In this document: positions 15,563 through 26,372 of the stretch, in pieces
Position numbering within the stretch: position 1 is the stretch's first letter
How the letters are laid out: each line of letters starts with the position of its first letter
From: Bacteroidota bacterium
Lineage (GTDB): Bacteria; Bacteroidota; Bacteroidia; NS11-12g; UBA955
Length of the DNA: 41,704 nt
Assembly: GCA_046314695.1 (NCBI GenBank)
Contig: JBKDBI010000306.1
Coordinates: 1-41,704, forward strand
Reading direction: 5' to 3'
The notes under the pieces: generated by a model
Databases searched by the model: none
Told to the model about the DNA's origin: nothing
Seen by the model: the letters and a program-made list of their open reading frames with translations, nothing else
Program-made: the position numbers and the translations under genes

Positions 15563-18457
15563 ATGAGCCGCACCAGCCGTCGCGACGACTTTGCGGGCGC
15601 AGGTATGAACCTGCCCACCGGTACACTCAGCGGCGGCATCAGCCAGCAGCCAGAGTCCGCCCGCTTTGGCAACCAGGTAAGCAACGCCATCAACTGCGAC
15701 TTCGCCGTGATGAACGGCGCAAGCCGCCGCGCGGGCACGGCGTATCGCTCGGTGTACGCGCTGACAGCAGCAGCCAACTACCGCCTGCACGCCATCGACC
15801 GCGACTCGCTGGAGCGGTACGTGATTCTGCGCGGCATGGTCGGCAGCGACATGCGGCTGCGTCCCTTCGAGCGTTACAACGACGCGGCTCCCGTCGAAGG
15901 CACAGTCACCTACGGCACGGGCGCACAGGCGTATCTCAACGCCAATGGCGCAACGGCCAATGACATCAAGCTCGTGACGGCAGGCGACACCACGTTGGTT
16001 ATCAATACCAAGTGTCCGGTCGCCATGCTCACCAGCCCGTCGTATTCACTCACGGCGACGTGGGATGATGCCGACACGATGGTGGCGCAGACTCCCGTGA
16101 TTGGCACGTATCACCAAGCACGCGCAGACGGCGTTGACCTTGCAGCGGGTTTCTACGAGTACGTCGGTGCTGGATTTGCCAACACGTTCCCGACCTACTA
16201 CGCGAAAATCTGGCCGTACACGAACTGGGACCAGTTGCGTGGCGACTGGGACAACAGCGGTAGCGACCCCAAGTGCTTCCGCATGGCGTTCCGCCGCGTG
16301 ACCCTAAGCCAGACCGGCGTGACTGCCGCGCTGGTATCGGGCGATGAGTGGACGTTGACGAAGGTGGGCGGCTTTACTGGCTACACCCTTGTCGCTGGCG
16401 ACATGGTGCGCATCACTGGCGGCACCGGCGTGACGTTTGCGGCTGGCGAATCCAGCGGATTCCTCACGGTTGTCAGCAAGGACAGCAACGACCAGATCAC
16501 CGTGCGTGACGCAGCCACTGGCCCGGCGTACAGCCCCGGTGCATCGGTGGCCCTTGCGGCCACGGGCGATGTGGTCATTGACGGCGTGGGCCGCGAGTTT
16601 GAAATCTCCATCAACTTCTCTGGCCTTGTCGGTTCGTCGATCAACGACATGAGCGACATTGCCGACCGCATCCAGCAGGAGTTCCGCGACCTTGGCGGTG
16701 ACGATGTGCTGGTGGGGTGGGACAGCTCACTCAACGGCAACGGTTCGTTCCGCGTCACGGGTCCGTGGGCTGGAAACCAGACGACCGTGTATCCGCCGCT
16801 TGCTCCCATTCAGAACACGGGCGGCGACGGCGACTTGACGATGGATGATCGTCCGTTCACCAAGACCCCCAGCGAGTTCACTGTTGTTGCCGGGACTGGC
16901 CCGCTTGCCAGCGGTTCGTTTCCCATTGCTACTCGCTGGCAGAAGGTGTACGCGAGCGACGAAGAAAACTACAAGCCCGACCCGTCAACCATGCCGCACG
17001 CGCTGCGTCGCGCAAGTTTCACGGGGAACGGCAGCACGGCATCGACGTGGAACCTTGACGCTATCAACTGGAACGCGCGCGAGGATGGTGACAACGAAAC
17101 GAATCCCGCTTTGCCTCTGCTCACTCAGGGCCAGCCCATCACGGCGGCGACTGTCTTCCGCAACCGCCTCATTCTCGCCAGCGGCTCGCGACTTGCGTGC
17201 AGCCGCATCGACGACATCTACAACTTCTACCGCGTGCGTGCGGACACACTGGCCGATGATGATGCATTTGGCCTGCTTCTCTCCGATGCACAAGTGCCCA
17301 CCGTCTACGAACTGGCTCCCTACGCAGACCAGTTGCTTGCCATGAGCCAGCCGGGCCGCGTCTTTGTGATTGGCGGCGACACGTTCACGCCCGCACGCGC
17401 CACTGTCACCATCGGCCCCTCGGCTCCCGCTGTGGACCACGCGCCCGCTGTTGCCAACGGTGTGGCGTACTTCTTGTCCACCCCCGCCGTGACGGACGGC
17501 CAGGTGCGGCAGGTTGCCAATCTGCAACGCTTGACCTTCGACACGCTCTCGCAGTCCAGCCTTGGCGAGAACGTTACCGACCACGTTCCTTCACTGCTCG
17601 AAGCATCTGCCGACCGCTTGGTGCATGTGCCCGGTGAAGATTGGCTGGGCATCATCACACGCGATGCACGCCTGCACTACGTCCTGCGCAATGCGTTCCT
17701 CAACGGACGCGAAGTGTTGCGGGCGTGGAGCGTCTACCAGTTTGACGATTCCTACCGCATCGTCGATGCTGTCCCTCTCCGCAACGAAGTCTGGTATCTG
17801 GTGGAGCGTGTCACGCGCGATGCTAACCAGAACATCACAGCCAGCAGCGGCCAGTATCTGTTTGAGGTCATGCGCATCACGCGCGACTCCACCGCCCTCA
17901 ACGTCGTCACCGGCTCCACCCAGTTGCCGCTGATGATGGACCGCCAGACCAGTTTGGCGGGCACGTTTGACGGCACCTACACCAACTACACGCTGCCGTT
18001 CACGGACCTCACGCTGACCAAGGTGCGGACACCGGACGGCGTGCTGCGTGACCTTGAACGCACCAGCGGCACGGCTGCTCGCGTGCTTGGCAACTACGCG
18101 GGCACAGGTGTCTTGTGCCGTCCGTACAACTGGACGGTGACGCTCACGCGGCCCTTCTTCCGCTTCCAAGGCGGTACGGCGGCACTGAGCGAAACCGTTG
18201 TGGCATCGGCCATGATGATGCGGATGCGCCGCACGGCAGCGATGCAGATTCAGATTGCACGCAGCAACGACACCGTCATCCGCAACTACACGCCCGCCAA
18301 CGGCTTTGAAGCGGGCGAAACCTCCATCCGTGTCGCGCCCATCGGCGGGCTGGACAACATGACCATCACCGTCGCCAGCAACGACCATCGCCCGTGCAAC
18401 CTGCAAAGCGTGGAGTTTGTCGCGATGGGTACACGTCGCCCGGCCCCGCTGACCTAA
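15563..18457 (+). CDS. Tail tubular protein B (gp12-like nozzle) with a large insertion
   Basis: 964 aa; LSGGISQQP...RRAGT N-terminus, VFRNRL, AWSVYQF and C-terminal SNDHRPCNLQSVEF are typical of gp12. Confidence 0.9.
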   Translation: MSRTSRRDDFAGAGMNLPTGTLSGGISQQPESARFGNQVSNAINCDFAVMNGASRRAGTAYRSVYALTAAANYRLHAIDRDSLERYVILRGMVGSDMRLRPFERYNDAAPVEGTVTYGTGAQAYLNANGATANDIKLVTAGDTTLVINTKCPVAMLTSPSYSLTATWDDADTMVAQTPVIGTYHQARADGVDLAAGFYEYVGAGFANTFPTYYAKIWPYTNWDQLRGDWDNSGSDPKCFRMAFRRVTLSQTGVTAALVSGDEWTLTKVGGFTGYTLVAGDMVRITGGTGVTFAAGESSGFLTVVSKDSNDQITVRDAATGPAYSPGASVALAATGDVVIDGVGREFEISINFSGLVGSSINDMSDIADRIQQEFRDLGGDDVLVGWDSSLNGNGSFRVTGPWAGNQTTVYPPLAPIQNTGGDGDLTMDDRPFTKTPSEFTVVAGTGPLASGSFPIATRWQKVYASDEENYKPDPSTMPHALRRASFTGNGSTASTWNLDAINWNAREDGDNETNPALPLLTQGQPITAATVFRNRLILASGSRLACSRIDDIYNFYRVRADTLADDDAFGLLLSDAQVPTVYELAPYADQLLAMSQPGRVFVIGGDTFTPARATVTIGPSAPAVDHAPAVANGVAYFLSTPAVTDGQVRQVANLQRLTFDTLSQSSLGENVTDHVPSLLEASADRLVHVPGEDWLGIITRDARLHYVLRNAFLNGREVLRAWSVYQFDDSYRIVDAVPLRNEVWYLVERVTRDANQNITASSGQYLFEVMRITRDSTALNVVTGSTQLPLMMDRQTSLAGTFDGTYTNYTLPFTDLTLTKVRTPDGVLRDLERTSGTAARVLGNYAGTGVLCRPYNWTVTLTRPFFRFQGGTAALSETVVASAMMMRMRRTAAMQIQIARSNDTVIRNYTPANGFEAGETSIRVAPIGGLDNMTITVASNDHRPCNLQSVEFVAMGTRRPAPLT

Positions 18458-18472
18458 TTGACAAGAGGACGT

Positions 18473-19033
18473 ATGAGCCAAAACACAGGAGCGTCTGTCG
18501 GCGCAGGCGCAGTTTCGGGCGCGGCAACAGGCGCAATGCTGGGCGGTCCTTACGGTGCCATCATTGGCGCAGTCGTTGGTGCTGGCCTTTCGCTCTGGCA
18601 GTCAGCCAGCAATCGCGGTGCCGCCAGTCGGCAAATGAACGCGATGGCCGCTGGCGCGTCGCTCGAAATTCAGCAAACAGACGATGCGTTTCGACTGCAA
18701 CGGCGCAAACTGTTGCAACGCGGTCAGCTCGCACTTGGCAGTTTGCGGGCATCGGCGGCGGAACGCGGACTGACAACGGCGGAAGGTCTGGGCGAAGCGA
18801 TGGTGAGCGTGCAGCTTGCCAATGACGCCATTGACCAGCAAATCAACGAAACCAATCGCCGCAACAGAATTGCGACCATTCGTCGCAACTACGAGGCTGG
18901 CATCGTGGGTGCGCAGCAGATGGCCGGGAACCTCCTTGTTGACACGTTGCAGGGTGCAACATCCGGTGCCCTTGCTGGCTCGCAACTTGGCTCCAATTTT
19001 GATCGCAGCAATCTCAATCGCGAAATCTCATGA
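18473..19033 (+). CDS. Internal virion protein (gp14-like)
   Basis: ATG at 18473 after GAGGA; Gly/Ala-rich hydrophobic N-terminus; position after tubular B. Confidence 0.7.
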   Translation: MSQNTGASVGAGAVSGAATGAMLGGPYGAIIGAVVGAGLSLWQSASNRGAASRQMNAMAAGASLEIQQTDDAFRLQRRKLLQRGQLALGSLRASAAERGLTTAEGLGEAMVSVQLANDAIDQQINETNRRNRIATIRRNYEAGIVGAQQMAGNLLVDTLQGATSGALAGSQLGSNFDRSNLNREIS

Positions 19034-21231
19034 GCGCAACCCCATCCACCATCACCGGCACGCTCGATGTGCTGCGTCAACCCGTGACGATTGCCGCGCC
19101 CGACACGACGGCATCGGACATCTTCGGCATTCTGCGCGGCGGGGCTGCGCTGGCAAGCGAAGTGATGGACACCAACCGTCGCTTTGACCGCGAAGTGCAG
19201 CAGATGGAGCGCGAGGCACGAGCGGAAGCGGCCCAGATGGCACAAGAAGCCATCGACAAAGACAACCGCGACCGCGCAATTGCCCGCGAAGGCCAGCGAG
19301 AGCGTGAGCAACTGGCAAATGAAGAATCCGCCACACTGCGCGGCTTGTTCCTTGACGGTGCCAACCGCGAACTTATCCGCCTGACCGAGCAGGTCAACAG
19401 CAATGACCCCAGCATCCTGCCTGTGGTGGGGGATTCGCCCGAAGATCGGCAGGCGTGGGCGGATTCGTTTGCTGCCAACGTCGCGTCTTCGCTGTCCATC
19501 GCGCCTGATGCTGTCGCTGGCGAACGCCGCGACATTGCCAACCGTGTGCTTGCGCTGTTTAGCAACAAGAGCGTGAACATCCGCCGCGACGGTGAGGAGC
19601 AACGCCACTTCTTCGTCGGTCAGCAGCTTCGTTCGCCGAATACCACGCCCGAGCAATTCCGCGACACGGTGCAGGCCATCAACGCCAACGCCAAGTTCAC
19701 GCCGCCCGAGAAGATTCTGAGTGAGGTTGTCGCTCCGGCCCTTCGTGACATCGCTCAGAGCGGTGACGTGGAGAAGGTCAGGGCCATCGTTTCGACGCTG
19801 GGTTATGACAAGGACGAAACCACGTCGGCCTTTGCCACCGACCTCGTGCAATCGGCGCAAGTCGCCCAGACTCGCCTGCGCAATCAGCAGCAGAGCGAGA
19901 TTCGCGGGCAACTGATGGACGACTTGTTCTTCAGCACGGGCGATGACGGCACGCCCGACGTTGGCAAACTGACCGCACTGCGCCAGCGTCTGACGAGTGA
20001 AGTGAAGAACGGCACGGTGGACCCCGACTTTGCCGTGCGACTGCAGGGCAGCATTGACAACTCCATTGCGCAGGTGTCCGCACAACGCGAGCGTGAGCGG
20101 CAAGAACTCGAAAAGCAAGACCTCAAAGACAGGCTGATTGCTGCCACCGGCGCGGCCATGCTTGCGGGCGACACCACGCTTGCTCCCGATCCGGCCGTTG
20201 CGGGCATGTCTCGCTCGCAGGCAATGGAGATGGGGTGGAGTGCAATCATGCAGTCCACGATTCTCAACGAGGCCAACAAGGCTCGTGCGAATGGCATCAC
20301 GGACCCGCGTGCAGTTGAGGCGAACGCTGCCGCTGCTGCACTGCCGTCGCTTGTGAGCAAGGCCGCGCGCATCCATTACGTGCCCGACGACTGGCGCACG
20401 ACGGTGCGTGAAGCACTCTCGCAGGCGGAAACGGCCAGCAACAGCAACGAACCTGCACGGGCAACGCCCACGATGCAGCGTGCATGGGCCATCTACTCGC
20501 AGGCGGCGGCACGCAGTCCGTCTTACGCCAGCACGCTTATCGGTGACGAGAAGATGGCAGCGACGATGGAACTGATTGCGCACCAGATGGAAGTGCCAGG
20601 CACGACGCTCGATCAAGCGTTCGCCTTTGCCACGCGCCGCCGCACGGTGGGTTTCACCCGCATCCCCGACAACGACAAAGAAGTCGTCAAGGTCGCGGAC
20701 GGTGACCGCGTGACGCAATCACACCTTGCCCGCATCGCCAACACGTTCACGCGCCGTGGACTTCCGCCCGAGCAGGCTCTCCCGCTGGCTGTCAAGCACT
20801 TTGACAACAACAGCGTGGAAGTCAATGGCCGCAAGGTCTACATGGGTGCAAGGGAGAACTTGTACAGCCGCGTGAATTCCAGTGTCAGCAGCGACCTGCC
20901 CGGCGCGATGGAGTTCTTGCTTGACGACATTGCCGCCAAGTCCGGCCAGTCATGGACAGATGTGGACGGCAAGCCCGCCACAGGCAAAGACCTGTCGTTC
21001 ATGCTCGATGTGGAGAGCGGTGTCTACATGGTCTACGACACCCGCACGGGTTCCACTGTCCCTTTGCAGCCCAAGACTGCCGAAGACGTGAGCCAGATCG
21101 CGTTCACGACCGACCAGCTTGCGGCGGCGTTGCCCAACCCCTACCAGCGTCGCGAGCAGGCACGTCGCGCCGAACAAGAACGCAATCGCAACTCCAATCT
21201 CAATACCGGCATGATGCCGTTCGCGCGATAA
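19030..21231 (+). CDS. Internal virion protein (gp15-like)
   Basis: 733 aa, helical, Ala/Gln/Arg-rich; size and synteny. Confidence 0.7.
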   Translation: MSATPSTITGTLDVLRQPVTIAAPDTTASDIFGILRGGAALASEVMDTNRRFDREVQQMEREARAEAAQMAQEAIDKDNRDRAIAREGQREREQLANEESATLRGLFLDGANRELIRLTEQVNSNDPSILPVVGDSPEDRQAWADSFAANVASSLSIAPDAVAGERRDIANRVLALFSNKSVNIRRDGEEQRHFFVGQQLRSPNTTPEQFRDTVQAINANAKFTPPEKILSEVVAPALRDIAQSGDVEKVRAIVSTLGYDKDETTSAFATDLVQSAQVAQTRLRNQQQSEIRGQLMDDLFFSTGDDGTPDVGKLTALRQRLTSEVKNGTVDPDFAVRLQGSIDNSIAQVSAQRERERQELEKQDLKDRLIAATGAAMLAGDTTLAPDPAVAGMSRSQAMEMGWSAIMQSTILNEANKARANGITDPRAVEANAAAAALPSLVSKAARIHYVPDDWRTTVREALSQAETASNSNEPARATPTMQRAWAIYSQAAARSPSYASTLIGDEKMAATMELIAHQMEVPGTTLDQAFAFATRRRTVGFTRIPDNDKEVVKVADGDRVTQSHLARIANTFTRRGLPPEQALPLAVKHFDNNSVEVNGRKVYMGARENLYSRVNSSVSSDLPGAMEFLLDDIAAKSGQSWTDVDGKPATGKDLSFMLDVESGVYMVYDTRTGSTVPLQPKTAEDVSQIAFTTDQLAAALPNPYQRREQARRAEQERNRNSNLNTGMMPFAR

Positions 21232-21234
21232 CAC

Positions 21235-24200
21235 ATGAGCCAATTCACAACTCCCACCACGCCCACCGGCCCGCAAGCACAGCCAGAGTTCCCGCTTGCC
21301 GCAGAGCCGCCGCTCACGAGTGTCGCGCCTGTTACGGGCGACCCCGACTACTACCGCAAGATAGCCGCGCTGTCCAAAGCCAACGGCGAGTGGTCACTGA
21401 ATCAACTCACCTACGACGTGAGCATTGACCAGTGGACTGGCTTCCAGATCGGGCGGCTGGCTGCACGGGTGCGTGCTTCGCAGGAAGACGTTGACCCCAC
21501 CTTTGACATCTTTTCCCGCTGGGACGACTTCACCGATGGCGTGGCTCCCGCCTACTGGGAGGACATTGCCCGCGCTCGCAGTGAGGGTGAAGCGAACATT
21601 CTCAAAGCCCAGTATCAGGACACCACTGACCGCCGCCAGCGCATTGCCGAGGCAGGCGTTGCGGGCACGGTGGCGACTGTTGCGGCGACGTTCATGGACC
21701 CGCCGCAGGTTGCCATCATGCTTGGATCGGGCGGGCTTGGTGCAGCCATCGGCGGCGCACGCGGTGGCTTCCTCGCTACCCGTGCGGGCATGGCCGTGTC
21801 ATCGGGACTCATCAACGCTGGCACACAGTTGCCACTGGACGTGCTGCGCTCTGCCGATGATCCGTCCTTTGGCGGCGGTGACATTGCTGGCAACTTCATT
21901 GGCAACTTCGCTTTCGGTGCCCAGCAGCCGTTGACCGCTGGGTTCAATCGCGCAACGCGATTCCTCGCAGGTGGTGCGGCCCAGTCCCTTGGCGCACCCC
22001 TCCAGTTTCGCGGCGAAGACTTCTCCAACGCCGATGCGCAAGTGGCGATGGCGACACAGTTCTTCTTTGGCGGCGCGTTCAATGCCATCCCCGCTGTTCG
22101 CAACCCGCTTATCGACGCGGAAGCTGTGCGGCTTGCCAAGCTCGCGCGCGACATTGCAGACGAGGCGGACGTGAATGCTGCTGTGACGCTGCGTGTTGGT
22201 ACGCCTACGCCCAAGGCGAATGAGACGATTGCCCGCAACCGTCGTCGCCGCGAAGCTCCGGGCATGAGCATCCAGCAGTTTGGCGAAGCTCTTGCCAGCA
22301 CGCGCATCCTCAACCAGACCGCAGATCAACTTGGCGTGCAGCCCACAATTCGGCCCGCGTCCGAGCGTCTGCAACAGCGCACTGACGCGCTGGGTGCCCT
22401 TGTGGGTGAACAGCCTCGCCCCGTGGACCAGACCCCGCTGACGCAACTGCAATCGCTCATCGACTCTTTCGGCAAGGCGAGGACAACCGACGAGCCGATG
22501 GCCCTTGACTTCACCGTGCGCTCGCTGGAGCGTCGCGGCCTTGGCCCTCGCAGCATTCTCAAAGACGGCACCTACGTGTTCGCCAGCCAAGACGCGGCGC
22601 AGGCGTTTGTGCGTGAGAGCAACGGCGTGCTTGCAGGCACGACCGGGCGGTTCTTCTCGGCTACGCAGGTCATGGGCAGTGACACATGGATTGTCACTCG
22701 CAAGTCGGCCAAGGCTGTGTTTGACGAGAACTTGTCGGCATGGAAGTCGCAGCGCGAAGACGTTGAACGCGAGATTGAACTCGCGTACCTGCAAGACGAC
22801 ATTGAAGCCCGCCGCAGCCAGCCCGATCCACCGGACTCGTACGCCATCCCCCTCGCGTTGCCCGAGCCTGCACAACCGCGCCGGTTCTGGGATGAAGCCC
22901 AGCGCATCGCGCGTGAGCGTGCGCTACAGATTGAGATGGTGCCCACGGCAACAGCCATGTCACCCGAGGCCGTGCAGACCATCGTGCAGCGTCGTAACGC
23001 CGCCGATGCCGCCGGACTTACTCGCCCGATTCTGGACCGCATTGCCTACGGCATGAGCGATGCCCAGATTGTGTCGGTGGTGCGCAATGCGTTCGGCGAC
23101 CTCCCCGTGACGGAAGCCAAGAACCTCGTCACGTCCGTCCGCATGTCGGCGGGTGCGCCGCAGGTGGGCACGCCCCAGTTGCAAAGCTGGGCCAAGCAGT
23201 ACCGCGACACGTTCGGCCTTGCTGACCCGGCATCGCCCAGCAATCCGATGACGGCGCGCAATCTGACCATCATCGCAGGCAGCGACATCGGCCTTGGCGG
23301 CACCTCCATCGCCGCCCGCATGGCTGGTTTCTCGCGCGTGTCGCTGGATGCTTCGTACAAGCCCGGCGACTACGACCTGAGTGGTGTCACCTTCGACTCG
23401 ATGGAAGGCGCAGAGCGCATTATCTCGCGCATGTCCATCTTCTCGCAAGGCTCGCAGATTGCCAACAGCGACAAGATGCCGCTACGTCTCATGGCCGCGA
23501 TGGTCATGGGCGATATGCGCGGCGAGAACTCTGCCAGCGGCCTTGTGCAGCGCGGTGCCCGCCAGCGGCAGTTTGACAGTGCGTGGGGCCAGACCCGCGA
23601 CAAGGCGCGCGAGGCGTTCAACAAGCAGCAGAGCGAAGCGGGCTTGCCCACCATGTCAGCGGGAGACTTTGACAACCTCGTGGGTGAGTCATACCGCAAG
23701 ATGCTGGCGGGCGTTCGCAGTGAGAACCCGCACGTCCAGAGCGTGCTGGACTTCATGGTGCAGCAGCAGGCCAAAGGCCTTGCTGACAGCAAGCGCAAGG
23801 GCGATGCGTCCGCGATGGACGTGCCTGATACGGCCATGCACCCCAATCAAATCTGGGTGCGCGACCGCATCGACGGTGCTGTTGAGACATATGGGCACAT
23901 CCGAGTGAAAGAGGCACTGGCCGAGGCCATCATGCCCGCGTCACGCCGCCGTGTGGCCGCAGCCTTTGCAGAACGCAATGGCGACCAGACGCTGTTTGAC
24001 TTCCGCGTGGCCGATCAAGAACAGTTGATCGAAGCCGCCGCCCGCGTGCAGGCAGAGACGCAGGCGGACAGCATCATCCGCAACGGTGGCACGCAGAAGG
24101 ATGTGCTGGCCCAGATCAACGGCATCCCCATCGAGATGTCACTGGAAGCCACCATCGCGGCCTACCGCGCTAACCCGCTGCTTCGCACGCTCAGTGACGA

Positions 24201-26019
24201 GCAGGTCGAGGCCCTTGTCCGGCAGATGAAGCAGGACCAGGCGATGCCGCCCATCTACCGGGCAGCTATTGAGATTGACCAGAACTACACCCACCGCTGG
24301 CTGGAGAACACGTTCGGTCCCGGCACGCAAGGCGAGATGCGCGAACTCCGCATCATGGACATGCTGGACAACAGCGCGGAAGCCATGATGAAGCGGTGGA
24401 ACAACGCCCACGAGGGCCGTCTTGCCATGCTCGAACTGGAGCGTGCGTACTCCAGCGTCACCCAACCCGGTGGCGGCACGAGCGACCCCGCCCGCCAGCG
24501 TCTGTTCGTTACGCCCGGCCAGTTTGAGACGTACATGCGTCAGCAACTGACTGACGGCATTGGCGACCTCGCCAGCGCAGACGAATCAGCCTTGAACGCC
24601 CTGCGTCACCACGTCAAACTCTTGGCCGGTGCGCCTACCTACGTCCCCGGCAGCGACCGGGCCGAGGGTGCGTTCCGCATGGTCAACGGCTTGTCGAGCG
24701 TGACCAGTGCGCGCGTGATGATGAACCCCACCGCGCCCATCCAGAATCTGACCGAAGTGGCGACCGCACTTGCTCACAGCCACCCCGCCGTGGCAGCCAA
24801 GGCCGTGCCCGAACTCGACCAGATGATGAAGGCCCTCGCCAACGGCGTGGACGATCCTGAACTTCGTCACTACGCCTTCGTCATGGGCATGGGCCAGAAC
24901 CTCGCGTCTGGTCGCCCGCTTGGACTCTTGGACGATGCCGCGCCAGCGGTTGTCGGCACCGGGAAAAGCACGCTGCTCAAAGCCGGGCAGAAGGTGCAGG
25001 CGGCAGGCCAGACGGCAGGCCACTACGCCTACAAGCTGTCGGGCAACACCAGCACGCAGGACGCTGCTGAAATGGGCGTGACGATGATCGCCATGAAGCA
25101 CTTCCGCCTTGCGGCGGATGGTGAAATCAAGTGGCGCGCCGCCGATCTTGAACAGTTTGGCCTGTCGCAGCAACGCTTTGAAAGCATTGTCGCGGACATG
25201 CAGGCCCACCGTGTCAAGAACGACCTTGGCTTCTACAACCTCAACGAAGACAAGTGGCAGCCCGAGAACGCCGCCGCCTTCCGCCGCGCCTTGCTTGGCT
25301 GGACCACGCGATACGGCAACGTGATGAACGCGGGCCTCATGCCCTCGTACACCACCAACAACATCCTTGGCCGCATGTTGACGCAGCTGAGCCGGTTCGG
25401 CATCCAGAGTTGGCAGAACCGCGCCCTCCAGCCCGCCTTCAACGTCGCTCGCGCCGCGCCCGGTCACAAGGGCGAGGCTCTGGCGATGGCCGCGACTTCG
25501 TACATCACGCAGTCCGTGGGCGCATCGGCTGCCTACGCGCTAGGCGTGTACCTCAACAGCATCGGTCGCCCCGACGCTGAGGAGTACCGCAACCAGATGC
25601 TGTCGAAGGAAATGCTGGCCCTCACGCTCTACAGCCGCGCAGCGTGGTCAAGCCTGACGCCCCGCATCATGGATGTGGGGTTGCAACTTGCTGGTGCCAA
25701 CTCCATCTTCGCTCCTATGCGTTCGTCGGGTGTTGGCACTGGCAGCGGCCCCCTTGGCGCGGCGGGCCAGACCCCGCTGGGTTCGTGGATTTACTCGGCG
25801 TTCAGTATGCCACTCGCCATCGCCGAAACGCTCTACAGCGACGAGCGTGAGTGGACCACGCGCGACCAGCGGCGACTGGAAGAAACGCTGCTGTTCCCCT
25901 CCGCCTACATGAACCTGCGCAACATCAACGCCCACCTCTACCAGACGGTCGGCATCCCCACGCCCGAAGAAGTGCGTGAGAGCCGCGAAAGCACGCGGCA
26001 ATTCGTCTCGCCCAACTGA
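21235..26019 (+). CDS. Large internal virion (ejection) protein (gp16-like)
   Basis: 1594 aa; C-terminal NILGRMLTQLSRF motif and hydrophobic segments; size and synteny. Confidence 0.78.
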   Translation: MSQFTTPTTPTGPQAQPEFPLAAEPPLTSVAPVTGDPDYYRKIAALSKANGEWSLNQLTYDVSIDQWTGFQIGRLAARVRASQEDVDPTFDIFSRWDDFTDGVAPAYWEDIARARSEGEANILKAQYQDTTDRRQRIAEAGVAGTVATVAATFMDPPQVAIMLGSGGLGAAIGGARGGFLATRAGMAVSSGLINAGTQLPLDVLRSADDPSFGGGDIAGNFIGNFAFGAQQPLTAGFNRATRFLAGGAAQSLGAPLQFRGEDFSNADAQVAMATQFFFGGAFNAIPAVRNPLIDAEAVRLAKLARDIADEADVNAAVTLRVGTPTPKANETIARNRRRREAPGMSIQQFGEALASTRILNQTADQLGVQPTIRPASERLQQRTDALGALVGEQPRPVDQTPLTQLQSLIDSFGKARTTDEPMALDFTVRSLERRGLGPRSILKDGTYVFASQDAAQAFVRESNGVLAGTTGRFFSATQVMGSDTWIVTRKSAKAVFDENLSAWKSQREDVEREIELAYLQDDIEARRSQPDPPDSYAIPLALPEPAQPRRFWDEAQRIARERALQIEMVPTATAMSPEAVQTIVQRRNAADAAGLTRPILDRIAYGMSDAQIVSVVRNAFGDLPVTEAKNLVTSVRMSAGAPQVGTPQLQSWAKQYRDTFGLADPASPSNPMTARNLTIIAGSDIGLGGTSIAARMAGFSRVSLDASYKPGDYDLSGVTFDSMEGAERIISRMSIFSQGSQIANSDKMPLRLMAAMVMGDMRGENSASGLVQRGARQRQFDSAWGQTRDKAREAFNKQQSEAGLPTMSAGDFDNLVGESYRKMLAGVRSENPHVQSVLDFMVQQQAKGLADSKRKGDASAMDVPDTAMHPNQIWVRDRIDGAVETYGHIRVKEALAEAIMPASRRRVAAAFAERNGDQTLFDFRVADQEQLIEAAARVQAETQADSIIRNGGTQKDVLAQINGIPIEMSLEATIAAYRANPLLRTLSDEQVEALVRQMKQDQAMPPIYRAAIEIDQNYTHRWLENTFGPGTQGEMRELRIMDMLDNSAEAMMKRWNNAHEGRLAMLELERAYSSVTQPGGGTSDPARQRLFVTPGQFETYMRQQLTDGIGDLASADESALNALRHHVKLLAGAPTYVPGSDRAEGAFRMVNGLSSVTSARVMMNPTAPIQNLTEVATALAHSHPAVAAKAVPELDQMMKALANGVDDPELRHYAFVMGMGQNLASGRPLGLLDDAAPAVVGTGKSTLLKAGQKVQAAGQTAGHYAYKLSGNTSTQDAAEMGVTMIAMKHFRLAADGEIKWRAADLEQFGLSQQRFESIVADMQAHRVKNDLGFYNLNEDKWQPENAAAFRRALLGWTTRYGNVMNAGLMPSYTTNNILGRMLTQLSRFGIQSWQNRALQPAFNVARAAPGHKGEALAMAATSYITQSVGASAAYALGVYLNSIGRPDAEEYRNQMLSKEMLALTLYSRAAWSSLTPRIMDVGLQLAGANSIFAPMRSSGVGTGSGPLGAAGQTPLGSWIYSAFSMPLAIAETLYSDEREWTTRDQRRLEETLLFPSAYMNLRNINAHLYQTVGIPTPEEVRESRESTRQFVSPN

Positions 26020-26027
26020 GGCCATCC

Positions 26028-26369
26028 ATGACAACCAATCAGCCTCCCGAAGCCCATCGCACGGTCACGCCGCGCCAACTGGTCAACGCCACCCTTGTCA
26101 AGATGCACGACATCATGGTGCATGGCAAGGAAGTCATCGCACCAGACAGCAACGTCGTGCGTGTCTCGCCTGATGCCAAGATGTTCGAGGCTGTCAAGGA
26201 CTTCGTGATGGCGATGGGCTATCAGCACAACGACAACATCGAGAATGTCATTGACGATGTGGTCAAGGGCATACCCCGCGTACTGCCCGCGTCACCTACC
26301 AGTGATGCAGTGCCCGACTTCTCTGCACCAGCGTCTGTCCCGCTCGAAAAACCACGCATTGTCAGATAA
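26028..26369 (+). CDS. Terminase small subunit (by position)
   Basis: 113 aa immediately upstream of the large subunit; SPDAKMFEAVKDFV resembles gp18-type motif. Confidence 0.55.
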   Translation: MTTNQPPEAHRTVTPRQLVNATLVKMHDIMVHGKEVIAPDSNVVRVSPDAKMFEAVKDFVMAMGYQHNDNIENVIDDVVKGIPRVLPASPTSDAVPDFSAPASVPLEKPRIVR

Positions 26370-26372
26370 CAC

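Noticed and set aside
18889-20718. 609-aa minus-strand ORF
   Set aside because: Antisense shadow of the internal virion genes
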